Source: Octopus vulgaris (lineage: Eukaryota). Taken from it: 64,000 nucleotides of DNA. The position numbers and the translations under genes are program-made. The number at the start of each line of letters is the position of its first letter. Position 1 is the first letter of the stretch. The DNA lies in contig OX597816.1 in assembly GCA_951406725.2 (NCBI GenBank), forward strand, positions 82,894,001-82,958,000, written 5' to 3'. The notes beneath the pieces were generated by a model. That model did not search any database. It worked only from the letters and a program-made list of their open reading frames with translations, and was not told where the DNA came from. Below are positions 26,914 to 48,399 of this stretch, in pieces.

Positions 26914-27297
26914 TATATATAGATTTAAAATTATAATTAAGGATATCTAAAAGATACTACAATGCTAGAGATAGCAGTCAAAACTTGACTCTAAATCACA
27001 TCAAGTATTCATACACCACCAAATACCCTTAATTATAATTTAAAAAATAATTATTACATATAAGGTTTTTATTCCCATGCTGGCCACTTGATATAATCGG
27101 TATTTTAAATAACGATCTTATCCTTATTTATATAAATTTATAAATTTACTTCATTGTGGTCGTATTTTGACCATGCACGTGGAGTTTAGACGAACAATTA
27201 AACCGGTCGTGTGCATACGTACATATACATATGTGTGTTTACGTGCATATATGTAACTATTCTTATGTTGCATATATATATATATATATATATATAT

Positions 27298-27555
27298 TGG
27301 TAAAAAACGGTAAGATAACAAAAGAAAGAAAGAGACCTCAATATTATGTAAATAGAGGAAATTTATCTGTAAAATAATATGTGACAATTATTCAATATCC
27401 AAGATAAAACTCTGAGTTTCGGATGCCGAGGTGGAAATCCACACTATCTCTTCGGTTATCTGGCCGATGTGGTTATCTGGTGATGTGGATTTCCACCTCG
27501 GCATCCGAAACTCAGAGTTTTATCTTGGATATTGAATAATTGTCACATATTTTAC

Positions 27556-27560
<5 letters not shown>
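27298..27560. mobile_element. Penelope-like terminal repeat in inverted arrangement within (TA)n
   Basis: Perfect 68-bp inverted repeat (27376-27443 / 27484-27551) containing a hammerhead-like motif. A second copy of the outer part lies at 13955-14045. Confidence 0.65.
27402..27461 (-). ncRNA. Type-I minimal hammerhead ribozyme motif with a U4C core substitution
   Basis: Minus strand: AGATAA-CCGAAGA-[stem II G...C]-GAAA-CTCAGAG-TT-TTATCT. Stem I is 6 bp, stem III is near-palindromic and the cleavage triplet is GUU. Confidence 0.55.
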
Positions 27561-27615
<55 letters not shown>

Positions 27616-27647
27616 TATATATTTGTAATTATGTTCTATCTGTGTAT

Positions 27648-27705
27648 ATCCCACTGATGAGGCACAGTATATTTTCATGCAAAGTCAGAAATCCGGATCT
27701 GGGAT
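27648..27705 (+). ncRNA. Type-I minimal hammerhead ribozyme motif
   Basis: ATCCCA-CTGATGA-GGC...GTCA-GAAA-TCCGGA-TC-TGGGAT. Perfect 6-bp stem I, intact core, palindromic stem III and AUC cleavage triplet. Stem II is weak. Confidence 0.65.
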
Positions 27706-27770
27706 TATTCTATAATATTTTGCTAATTTATTTATCTATTTATCTTTTCCCCTGGTACTGTATGAATACA

Positions 27771-27829
27771 TGACGTAAAGACACCAATGTCGGCTGTCAA
27801 GCGGTGTTGGGGAGAAACGAGGAGACACA

Positions 27830-27888
<59 letters not shown>

Positions 27889-28308
27889 ACACACACACAA
27901 ACACACGCACACACACACACACGCACGCACACACACGACGGATTTCTTTCATTTACTAAGATGGTGAGCTGGCAGAATCGTTTACACGCCGGGCGAAATG
28001 CTTAGCGGTATTTCGTCTGTCATCATGTTCTGAGTTCAAATGAGGCTGGGTTCGACTTTGTCTAAATTAAGTTCCAGGTTCGCACTGGGGTCGATGTAAT
28101 CAACAGGTTTTGCTCCCCAGAAATGTCAGGCTTTGTGCCTATATTAGGAAGGGCTTCTTCCAGTTTCTGTCTACCAAATCCACTTTCAAGGCTTTGGTTG
28201 GCCCGAAGCTATAGTAGAAGACACTTGATCAAGGTACCATGCAGTGGTACTGAACCCGGAACCATGTAGTTGGGAAGAAAGCGTCTTACGACGCAGACAC
28301 ACCTGCGC
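27771..28308 (-). mobile_element. SINE S2 (minus) interrupted by SINE S1 (plus, 27962-28152)
   Basis: S2 head at 28153-28308 and middle at 27771-27950. The S1 head TGGTGAGCTGGCAGAATCG starts at 27962. Confidence 0.85.
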
Positions 28309-28319
28309 TTATACATACA

Positions 28320-36295
<7,976 letters not shown>

Positions 36296-36908
36296 TGTTT
36301 CTGAATGTATCGGTCGTATGAAACTCACTAGGGATATGTATCTATTCGTGAATCTGTGTATGTGTATATATAATGTATCTATGTGTGTGTGTGTGTATCC
36401 ATAGTGTGTTCGTCATTGATTACACATTCGCACAATCGCTTAATATATGCATTAGAACAGAGATAAAATACCCCAAAGTACACATGTACGCACAAACTAG
36501 AAGCTTTTTACAAGGTTCAGTTTGCTCCATCACCTCAGTTTTCCTCAAGATATTACTTCAGGAACAAAAACTCATTTTCAAACTGGGCATGTTCTGTCCC
36601 TCCAGGATCTACAACCGTTTATATTTAATCTAACTCCTTCCTCTTCTTTCACTTACTGACAGACACCTACAAACGAGGTAATCTTTTTGTCGCTCGACCT
36701 ACCGAAAATAACAGCTAAACTTGCATCAATTGATATCTTATTGTCTTGAAAATAGACATATTGGGTAATGTAGTCCTAGATATATTATGCCTGAAAAGAC
36801 AAGTTTTGCTTCTGATGAAATACTTTTGATCAAACAATCAGACCCGGAGCCAAGCAACAATGTTGATAGCACTATCCATCCTATCATACTTCACTACACC
36901 ATATATGT

Positions 36909-37030
36909 CAGGGATTCTCAACCATTTTTACCTACGGACTCCTTTGGTTCCTATTTTATTCGGGTGGACCCCCATAGCCTTCTGATGTTTAAAAAAATCC
37001 TATTGTATTTTTATAATCAAATATTAGGGT
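36909..37030 (+). mobile_element. Left end of a hAT-like MITE, followed by an S2 3' fragment (37030-37145, minus)
   Basis: CAGGGATTCTCAACC resembles the hAT TIR CAGGGGTTCTCAAC. No right end found. Confidence 0.45.
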
Positions 37031-37637
37031 TTTTTTTCTTTTATTCTTTTATTTGTTTCAGTCATTTGACTGCGACCATGCTTGAGCACCGCCTTTAGTC
37101 GAACAAATCGACCCCAGCACTTATTCTTTTTAAGCCTGGTACCTTATGAATATGTTCTTAGCATTCTCGAAGTTTCAGCTCGGCATTGTATTTATTGCTG
37201 ACTGTAAATACGCCTGCGCGCGATATTTGAAAAATTATAGCATATAATGATGGGAACGTGTTATCATGTCTCTGAGTTATAAGTTAGTTGTTTTAGGCCG
37301 GTTACTGACGAAGATTCGCCTGGGAGATAATATGGTCTTGCTAAATTATCTATTAAAAGATAGCAAACGATATTATTCTGCTAAAGTAATCCGAAACCAT
37401 GGTATAGCCGTTATATAACAAGGTAAAGGTTTTTATTTTTCATTTACTTCGAAATTTGCTATAAAATTGTGTTTTTTTGGTCGTGTTGGCTGCTATTTCT
37501 AGCCTGTAAAATTACCTGTTAAAGGGCAATTTTCTATTTTGAAATACGAATATGTTGTCTATTGACTTTTTATACATGCTAGGCCACTGGTGGTGATATT
37601 TATAACGAGTATTCGCCACCCTATATATATATATATG

Positions 37638-37769
<132 letters not shown>

Positions 37770-37879
37770 CATATACATATATAAGCATAGATATACAAGC
37801 ATACGTACATACATACATACATACATACATACATACATACATACATACATACATACATACATACATACATACATACACA

Positions 37880-38267
37880 TGAAAAAGCACTGGGATTCGT
37901 TTAGATTTCTTACTTTTAAATTTTAAGACTTAACCGATTTCACAGATTTCCCTGGTTTTCAAAAGTTTAGATAGAAAGACGTGGAGTTATGCTGTAGTTG
38001 TCTTGTTTCTCTCGAGATAACATGGCTCAAATTAGTCTCTGTTTTCAAAACGTTTTGATTGGCCGAAGATTATCCCGTGATCAAATTAAAAAAATGTTTG
38101 TAAGTTTCCCGCTACGTCCGTTCTTTAACGTCATGTAACAATATGTTTGGCGCCGTAAGTTAAAGCTGGTTAAATCTTTAAAAGTCATTAAGTCTTTAAG
38201 TTAAAGTTGGTTAAGTCTTTTAAAATGTAACAATAAAAAGAACTAAACGAATCCCAGTGCATTTTCA
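37880..38267. mobile_element. MITE/fold-back element with long imperfect inverted repeats
   Basis: TGAAAAAGCACTGGGATTCGTTTAG (37880-37904) vs CTAAACGAATCCCAGTGCATTTTCA (38243-38267), 24/25 match. Inner pair AAGACTTAACC/GGTTAAGTCTT. Confidence 0.75.
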
Positions 38268-38330
38268 ACTTTTTTGGCTATATTTCTACCCGTGTGGAAT
38301 AAAATAACTTTGTTTTCTGTGTACATACAT

Positions 38331-38417
<87 letters not shown>

Positions 38418-39265
38418 CATATATATTGTTCTGGATGACATGACTAACAATTTTGCAATAAATATTCTACTCTCAGTGTTGTTACTCACCCAATAAATTT
38501 TCCGTCGTTATTCTTAAACTCACTTTAAAATAGAAAACTGAAATTAGCACACACTCTCATACACAGATACACACATTTCAAAAGATGTGATGGACATTAT
38601 ACATTGCTCAATATACATATTTTGCTTACTGCTTGTGGCTGCTTATCATATACGGGGATGACTACTTTTGCTTTTATTTGTATATCCCTTGACGAATGTA
38701 CATTCCATCTGTGATGTGCAGCTAGTTATTTAGAAGGGACATGCTTTCTTGGTGTCACAAATACACAAAGAGATGGAGATTGCCCTGACGTGTGTCGCGG
38801 CTTATTGGTCATTTCTCAGACAACAAGGACCTCTCATACTTCTGTTTACGAAGCTATCGCTTTTTGATCCAATTATAAAATATTACTTTTCTGAAATGAG
38901 TAGATCAATTGGCGGCGTGATTAGATACTCAATAAATATTTTCATGCACTTGCAGCGTGTATTACTATAAAATAAAATTGATGTTAGGCTGCCTACTTTA
39001 ACGCCGTCGCTGTGGAAAGTAAAAATTATATGCCAATCGATGTAGTCATTTCGGATAAGAACTAGTTTGTGACAGACTGAAATAGCGATTGCTTTGAAGT
39101 TTCAAAGCTGAGGAATGCTTGTTCTCTTAGGAGAGGCTAGCCAAGTAGGAAACATGTCGGAGCAATCTCCTCATTTTCCTTTTTTCCGTCATTGAAGAGA
39201 ATGACAAAATGTATTCATCTTTGTTTATACACACATAAAAATATACGCACACAGATTCATAATTA

Positions 39266-39300
39266 CTAGCGGCACCCGTGAAAATTTCATGGAATTAATA
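39266..39300 (-). mobile_element. Helitron-like 3' terminus (extent unknown)
   Basis: A|CTAG followed on the plus strand by the hairpin CCGTGAAA/TTTCATGG, the same geometry as at 557. Confidence 0.45.
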
Positions 39301-40176
39301 GTAAACCTATTGGGTTTTTCTTGAAAACTTTATCCAAAAAACCTGAAAGTGCAGCCATCGTTGTGTCACTATTAAAAGACAGTCGCTCATCTGCTACTCA
39401 TTGAAAAGTGAAGGAAATTGGAATACGATGACTCAGTGTGAGGCGACTGTTGTTATCGTAAGGCTTAACTCATCGTAAAGCAAATACCACCATGAGTGAC
39501 ATCCAAACTACAGTGGAAAAGGCGAGCCACTGGATTTGGTTAAAAAGAGACGATGAGCGATGACTAGAAGAGTACTGACCTATATCTGATAACCAATTGA
39601 TCTTGCTAGCGGGGCTTCATTTCAGTGAGGTGAGGTGGGCGGCAGTGCGCAATGATGCCGTCGAGAGCTAGGCACTGAAACGGCGCGCTTTCTTTCCAGA
39701 TGACCTCATACACTAGCTGGCTTCCGGTATGCGGAGCTTTCGATATGTAGCACTTGCATGTGTAAGTTGTTTGTAAAACATCTACCTAAATAGTGTTTAT
39801 GCTCAATGTCAAGATTGAGCGTATATAATTACCCTACATGACTGTTAAAGTGGACATGAGTTAGTATTTCTGAAAGTAAAGTAAGCCTTAGATAATTTTG
39901 AAGGTTCATAAGTTATAAGATTATTTTTTATCACTAGTGCAACAATAACTTAGTTCAAAATTGTATGTGCCTATGACTAATAAGGAAATGCTTATCAACT
40001 CGGATTAGGAAGTTTAAGCCATACTGGAATTAACATTTATTGAAAGAGGAAATATGAACCAGGTTTTTCATAATCATCGGAAAATCGGCAATGAAAAACT
40101 CAGAGTAACCAATGGCAACCTTAACCCATATAATAAGGAATATACATACATATACATACATACATACATACATACA

Positions 40177-40277
<101 letters not shown>

Positions 40278-40929
40278 TTGGATATGTATGAGCATGTAAT
40301 AAGAGTGTACACGCTATCTTAAAGGTAAGATATTATTTAGTATTGACATATACAAATACAAAACGCAATGCTGATGTCAAAGCGTTATTTTTAAAGTAGC
40401 GTGTTCGCTCTTTTATACAACATACATACACAATCATACATAATACATACAAACACACGTAAATACACACACACATATATATATACATGCATGCATATAT
40501 ATATATATATATATACATTAAATAAATATATGTATATATCTTATATTTACGTACATACATATACATACATACATGCGCATACACACACGCTATGCACACA
40601 CACACAAACACGTAAATGCTTCAATTAGATTTAGATAATGTCAATGAATTCCAGAGATATGACTCGAGATGATTTTACAATGAGAAGCGGGAAAGATAGA
40701 AGCGGATGGTAGGGTAGAAAGATAGCGTTTCGTTAGTTCATACATATTTAAATATTTCTATTGAATATCGTGCCTGATAGAAAGAACTGTTTTTTTCTAT
40801 CGGTCGTGTTTACAGGTGATTATTGTTGTTGCAGCTCATAAAGGTAAATTACATGAAATAATTATGAAGCTGTATTCACATTATCAATCCGAAGATTAAA
40901 TACAATAGACAGGATATCTGCGTGTAACG

Positions 40930-41026
<97 letters not shown>

Positions 41027-41067
41027 TGATGATGATGATGATGTTGATGATGATGATGATGATGATA

Positions 41068-41105
<38 letters not shown>

Positions 41106-41136
41106 AATAATAATAATAATAATAATAATGATGATG

Positions 41137-41208
<72 letters not shown>
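40930..41208. repeat. (ATT)n-(AAT)n-(GAT)n compound array
   Basis: Directly visible. Strand switch at ~40970. Confidence 0.95.
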
Positions 41209-41209
<1 letters not shown>

Positions 41210-41640
41210 TTTCTTTATTAACCACAAGGGTTTACATTAAGAAAAACATTATGGACAGTACAGGACAAAACAAAGAATGTGTATGTGTGTATGTGTGTGA
41301 GTGTGTGCTGCGAGGGTTTTGTGTGTAAACAAAACCAACAGAATTTAAAAAAATCAACAATGTGTGATCCTCATCGGTGGAGGAGACAGTCGAAAGCTGC
41401 TCATGGAAAAACCCCTTAAAAAAGCATGGTTACCCTGACTTTTGGGGCAGGTGCATTCTTTCCTTTCCTTTTTTTACTTTTCAACTACAGCCGTATGCTC
41501 AGAGTAGGTCCATTCACCCGCACCATTCTCGTCACTTTCATGCCTCTTTCAGCAAATTGGCTAGAAGACAACATTTCCCCCTCTACCCTTATTTTCCTTT
41601 CCAAGTGAAACTTGAAGTAATAAATGTTTCTCTTTATTCG
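41209..41640 (-). pseudogene. 3' end of an L1/Tx1-like LINE
   Basis: The minus strand reads IYYFKFHLERKIRVEGEMLSSSQFAERGMKVTRMVRVNG. The UTR ends CCCTTGTGGTTAATAAAGAAATC and runs into (ATT)n. Confidence 0.6.
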
Positions 41641-42639
41641 TCACAAGAGCCCACCTATTCACTTCAAAATCTGTTGCAGAAAGGGGTTAGAAGTGAGAGT
41701 ATGTACATATATGTATGCGTATCTTTTCTATTTTTAATTATTATAAATCTTCCACTGAGGAGTGAGCCGGTTTCGAAGCAAGATACAACGCTCCATCTTT
41801 GGGATGTAGTTAACACAGACAAATTCACATTTGGAACTTGAGAAAAGTCTTGTATATTTTTGCTGTTCCACTCACAGATTGCACTTCTAATGTACGAATT
41901 AGCCGGTATGTATGTATGTATGTATGTATGTATGTATGTATGTATGTATGTATGTATGTATGTATGTATGTATGTATGTATGTACGTACGTATGTATGTA
42001 TGTATGTATGTATGTATGTATGTATGTATGTATGTATGTATGTATGTATGTATGTATGCATGTGTGTATGTGTGTTTGTGTGCTTGTGTGTGTGAGTGTG
42101 TGTGATATTAAACGGGACGTGGGGAAGAAAACATACAGTATATTATATTGCATCTCTCTATCCCTTCAAGCGTTACATTCTTGATATCCTGTTAGATCAA
42201 TGGTTGAAAGACTGAGATGGTATTTATGTTGGCTCGCGACTACTACATTGGCACTCAAAACAATTAGTGAAAGTATGCTATCAAGTCCAGTTGTAAGTGA
42301 TGGCTATTGTCTTTTTATCGCTTGTGGCTCGTAAGAATGTCAGACAAATGTCTCCCGATATTTATTATGTATCTTTGCATTCTGAGTTCAAATCACTCCA
42401 AGGACAACTTCACCTTTCGTTCCTCTGAAATCGATGAAATAAAGCCGTAAATTCTCCCACTCAGTTTCTGTGACAATTAGATGTGCTGTCAAAAAGATGT
42501 AGGTAAGATACTCAAAATATTCCTCTGTCCTAAGACAATTACTAAACTTCTTTTGTATAGAAAGAATATAGTCTCCAAGACTGAAGTAGATATGAAGTAT
42601 AGATGAAGTCACATGAAGCTTAATAAAAATATTCCTTTC

Positions 42640-43500
42640 ATTGTGGGTGTGGAAAGAAATGGAATGAAATTGTTAGTGCAAAGCAAAAGACCATCTGCTA
42701 TATGCGTGGCAGTAAAGGCCATTTGAAGGTTTTCTATCCTGAAGAACTTGAAATGTAAACAAGAAATGATGACAATAGAAAACACTGTTCTGGAAGCACC
42801 ATCGCTAGAAGCTTTGGAAATAGCGAAAGAGATCGCTTCTTTATCCTTCTCGGATGCTGCCAACCAGGAACGTTGTATTATGGAAGACTCGTCAACGCAA
42901 GCTTAACGAAATGTGACCTGTGGTCATAGAACATCAAAATGGGCTTGCAAGTCCAAAGTATACCCGAAAGCCACAGTAGTATACGAGAAATGTGCCCAGT
43001 AGAAGGGTGCAAGACAAAGGTCGTTAGATTGATGATATAGAGTAGAAAACCTAATTGTTATATATGTCGGAAAAATTCACTCCTTAATGCTGAAAGCCCT
43101 GCAAAACCGGAAATGTTAAGCAAAATTAAAAAAAGAAAAATAACGAAAATCAACAGCAACAACAAAAAGAACAAGAAACTCTAGTTTTCAGAGCACCACC
43201 AGCCAAAAATCTGGGGAGAGCAAAGGAAATATTATCCAGTATCATAAGAAGATGAGCAAATACTACGTCTCTTAAGGGTACGAACCTGTAGTAGTAAAAC
43301 ATTCTTAATGCGAAGCGAAAGAAATGATTATGGAAAATAGAGGAAAAAAATCACAGAATAAAGTTTTAATATCAACAAAACAGGTGAAAAGAAACAATTT
43401 CATCAAATCGACAACGAAATCATTTTCCAGGAAAATAACAAATAGAGTGAAGAGAATGAAGATGAACTAAAATTTACAATTCTTCCCAAATCAATAAAAC
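42640..43500 (+). pseudogene. Possible decayed pre-RT region of an R4/Dong-like ORF
   Basis: A-rich coding-like sequence with weak motifs HLLY.VAVKA and SQNKVF.IN. No decisive motif. Confidence 0.3.
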
Positions 43501-44226
43501 AGATACTAGACGCATCTCTGGTGCCACAAGCTCTTCGAAATTGCAATGTCAAAAATACATTTAGGTTCAGAATAACAGCATCATGCAAAAACTACAATAG
43601 ATTGTATGTAAACTCAAAGCCAATATATTATATCAAAACTTAAAAAGAATGTCTTCAGTATGTCGGTATCTTGCAGTACCGCATGTCACAAAAAATTCTT
43701 ACTAGTGCGTTCAGTTGCACTCGAACATGATTTGAAAAAAGGTTAAGTGAGCGGGTCGTATAGTATGCAACACAACCTAGTTAGATAATCTTTCATGTTC
43801 TAGTTTTCAAATCATATCCTGTTTTAATAATTTTGTTTTATTGTGCTTCTTATTTATTTCCGTAAAAATGTGTATATGTATGAATATCTATTTCTGTGTA
43901 TGTATGTATGTATGTATGTATGTATGTATGTATGTATGTATGTATGTATGTATGTATGTATGTATGTATCTATCTATCTATCTATCTAGGTATACAAACA
44001 CGCATATACATGCAACATATGTGCATGCGTGCACCATTAAATATTGTTAGTACCTCATTCCATATATTGTAATACATGTCTTAACAGCTTTTCATAATTT
44101 GAAAATTTATCTTTTGCAGACTCCACGTTAACCTTTCTTTGAAATCTCTTGTGATACTTTCGTACTTTTTATACCGCTTCTAGCCATTGTGCCTAATAAG
44201 GAAACGAAATAATTATTATTATCGCA

Positions 44227-44276
<50 letters not shown>

Positions 44277-44318
44277 TATTATTATTATTATTATTATTAC
44301 TACACATCATCATCATCA

Positions 44319-44392
<74 letters not shown>

Positions 44393-44787
44393 ATCATCGT
44401 TAGTATTGCTATTATTTTTCTGTACAGATGTTTCTTACTAATGTATCTGCCATAACATCCCATTTAAAATGTTTCATTCTATAAAAAGGCTTTCTTATTG
44501 CTTTTCATTCTAGCTTTTTTCTTTATGTTAGTTTAAGAAACAGAAGTATTTACCTTCCCAAAAAATAAAGAACAACAAGGAAAAAGTAAGAAACATAACA
44601 AGCACTCAAAGTAGACACAACATGCTATAAAGCTCGATCAAGTATCTCATATAAAGATTCTTTGCACAGCAAATATTATTGCTATTTGTCGAAAGATGAT
44701 AGCTAGTTTGTTTACGTTTTACACGATTTCTTAACAGGCTGGTTTGTTCTTAATGTTGGCTGGCTGGTTGATTCTGCCCGGTAGCTA

Positions 44788-44907
<120 letters not shown>

Positions 44908-44920
44908 ATATGTATGTATG

Positions 44921-44954
<34 letters not shown>

Positions 44955-45187
44955 TGTATGTATGTATGCATGTATGTATGTATATATACATATATATATT
45001 TATAAATATATATGTATGAATGTATGCATATATATGTATAATCATTATCTATCTATCTCTATATGTACATATTTATGTACACACTCACAATATATATATA
45101 TATATGTATTAGATGTGCATGTATAAATGTATATCCAAATATATGACTATATATATTTACATATACATATATATGTATGTATGCATG

Positions 45188-45233
<46 letters not shown>

Positions 45234-45295
45234 CATACATACATATGCATATATGTATGTATTTATCTATATATATATGTATACATACATATATG

Positions 45296-45364
<69 letters not shown>

Positions 45365-45469
45365 TCACGCACACATATATACACGCGCTCACATATGCGC
45401 ACACACTTACACATAAGCACAGATTCTTATAAGTTGAAGTTGTTATTGTAAAGTCAGAGTGGGATGGTA

Positions 45470-45780
45470 ATCCCGTGACCTTTGCAGGGTCTTCAAGATT
45501 AGAGAGAGATTGATGTGGTTGACATCAACTTTGAATTTTTTTGTAGGTATATGTATAAACAATAAGCGTAGGCGGAGGGCTGGATAGTATCAATTTACAG
45601 TGAGACGTAATTCCGGGAAGGAATGATTGGAAAAGTGTTTAGTGTGAGGTACGAGGCAGAGGTGAGACACAGCAAAGGTTTTGAAATAAAAAGAGAAGAA
45701 TTGTTTGGTTGCTCCCAAGAAAACTATATTCAACAAGTTAGTAGAGAGAGGATCAATAGCCAAATGCTATAGCAGTATCA
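45470..45780 (-). pseudogene. 3' end of a CR1/L2/Jockey-group LINE
   Basis: The minus strand gives TKHFSNHSFP..SHL*..L...LQKFKVDVNHI, resembling the typical C-terminus of these clades. Confidence 0.5.
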
Positions 45781-46247
45781 AAATCAAAGAAATGAAACAT
45801 ATATTTCTCGATTTTTATTTGGTTTAAGTCATTTGATTGGAGTTACGCTGTTGTAGTTCTTTAAAGGGCATAGTAGATCATATCGAGCACAGGAATTGAC
45901 AGAAATCATTTTATCGAGCCCCTTGGAGTGATAATTACATTATCGATTTTAGAAGAATAAAAATACAATTAATATTCATGAGATTTTGTTTTTTAGTAAT
46001 AAGCAAAGATGAAATATTATCGGATACAGAGAGATGTTCTAAATTTCACTCGAAACTAGACGTTTCCACCGGTGGTTTCAAATCTTCTACATGCAGATGT
46101 TATTTAACTAATTCTGAAGCATTTATGTAATGTATGTATGTACATATCTGTCTGTCTGTCTGCCCGCCCGTCTGTCTGCCTGTCAATGCATATAAGGTCA
46201 TTCTGTAAAACCTGACGTTTATATGTCGTCTTCGACGGGAGATTCCA

Positions 46248-46337
<90 letters not shown>

Positions 46338-47494
46338 ACACCTGATATCTAAAAATTTGAGTCAAATTTCACGATGTAGTTACAATATTTGAATGAAATA
46401 AAAGATTTTCTTAAATTAGAACTTTTAAAATATATATATATATATATATATATGAATAAATCTTAAAAAAAACCCCAGATTAACGTAGACCTGGCGAAAG
46501 ACTGAAGGCAGTGAAAGCGTTTACGTAAAAGTTTCCTCCCATCAGATCCATGTTAATCTGCTTTCTAAAAAGATTTTAGAAAAATATTATTTTTATTTAG
46601 TAAGTAATAGTATACGCACACACGCACATACACGCGCGCTCACACACAAACACACCCACACTCACACAGAGGCATACACACATATCTTATGTATGTATGC
46701 CTGTATGCAAGCAGTGAATCCAAATAAGTTTTATGAGAAATTATGCCTGATAATGGCCGATTGGACCGTTTGAACCAATCGTTTTCATTGTTATTTAACA
46801 AGTCACGAGAACCTATTTACGTCTGTTTTGTAGGATGACGAGCACACGTGACGAAGGCTACTTAGAATACACAAAAGTATGGTCTTAGATGCATCATTTA
46901 AATAATGGTTTAAATAATGACGCAAGGTTGGCGGCTGAACAAAGACAACGAGTACCAATATAATACATGATGAATTAAGTAAGAATGAAATTTTTAGCTT
47001 CGACTCCTACTGCATGTAAGCGAAACGGTTCCCATTGGGTCCAGTTTCACAGCGGGACTAAATACATATAAGTATTAACCAATTCATTTATTTCATATCT
47101 ATAATCCTCGCTGTATTGATACACTGGTAATAAGTAAACATTTAATGCAACGCCATCTCAATTTAATGAAAAAAAAAAAAAAAATACAAAGCTACAAAAA
47201 ATAAAAAACAATCTTCCTTTCAGCACTTTTCCTCATTCTAAACACTATTTCTATCAACCTTTCTTTCTTGGCTGTGCACCGAGCATATGTATTACCTCCC
47301 TTTACGTTGTAAGTTGAAATTTTGTCGTGGTTGACAGTATATTTAATTTTAACTGTAGCATAAAATAAGTTCCAGTTAAATAATACCGGCTTCGATAAAA
47401 TCAATTGTTACTCATCCGAGTTTTGTGGTTTTATTTTGTTTTTAATGGCTTAGTCAGAGAAGGAAGGAGACATCCAGGACCATTTTCAAATACA

Positions 47495-47851
47495 TCTATA
47501 TATATAAAGCTGAAGTTGTCTGCGTATGGCAGGTTTGGTAGCCTTCAACTAACACTATCTCCTCCGAGACCCTGCGGCGCAAGTTGACCCAAATTGAAAG
47601 TATGATACAAGAAATCGGACCATGTTAAGACCAAAAATTATTTACATAAAAAAGGTGCTTTTTTTTTCTATGAAAATCCCTACTTTTTACGATTTTTTGA
47701 CTGCTGTGACGCCATTATTCGGTGTATTTCAACCAGAAAAATGCTCACTTAAAGAGAATAACATGCTACATAATGTTACATTTTTACTTTTCAAAAATTC
47801 CAATTCTAAAGGGTCGAAACAAACCCGAGCAATGCCGGGCGACACTGCTAG
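47495..47851 (+). mobile_element. Complete 357-bp non-autonomous Helitron
   Basis: A|TCTATATATATAAAG ... hairpin CCCGAGCAATGCCGGG (47824-47839) ... CTAG|T. Canonical termini, AT target and no TSD. Confidence 0.85.
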
Positions 47852-48399
47852 TCGTTAATGATAAGAGAAGGGAAGAAGTCACTAATCCAGTCACAATAGA
47901 GAAGCTTACCAACTGTTAACTTCGAAACATAAAGTCAAAACCGTGTATCGATTACCCTTTTCTTTCGTTTATGCACTTAGACATACACGTTCCAATCTTG
48001 TTGAGTCCTATCTAAAAACCAAAAACAAGTAATTGAAGATGAAGAATTATTCATCATTTAATCATTGAAGAATATACATATACTCACATATATCATAATA
48101 TCTGTGAACAGTTAAGGAATTAAAGGGCTTAATTGTCCCTTTTCTGTTAAAATATTATCTAATTTGAACATTTTAAAACCAACTTTCTTCATCAGCCTGA
48201 TGAAAAAAAAAACTTAATACAATACCACTTCATTCTCAAACACTAAATTTAAATTTAAAAATAGGCAAACATTACTCTTACAGAAAGCCATATACACATC
48301 CTATACACACTTTATAAACATCCCCCAAATTTTGAAATCACTCCTCAGTAATTTAGGGACGTTGTACTTTATGAGGTAGAAAAGGTTTCAATCTATCTT

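Noticed and set aside
26928-27041. 15-bp inverted repeat AAATTATAATTAAGG / CCTTAATTATAATTT
   Set aside because: Mostly an AT-only self-palindromic core, too weak to call an element.
37600-37624. Tc1/pogo-like TIR (minus strand TA-TAGGGTGGCGAA)
   Set aside because: No partner TIR identified and the match is too short.
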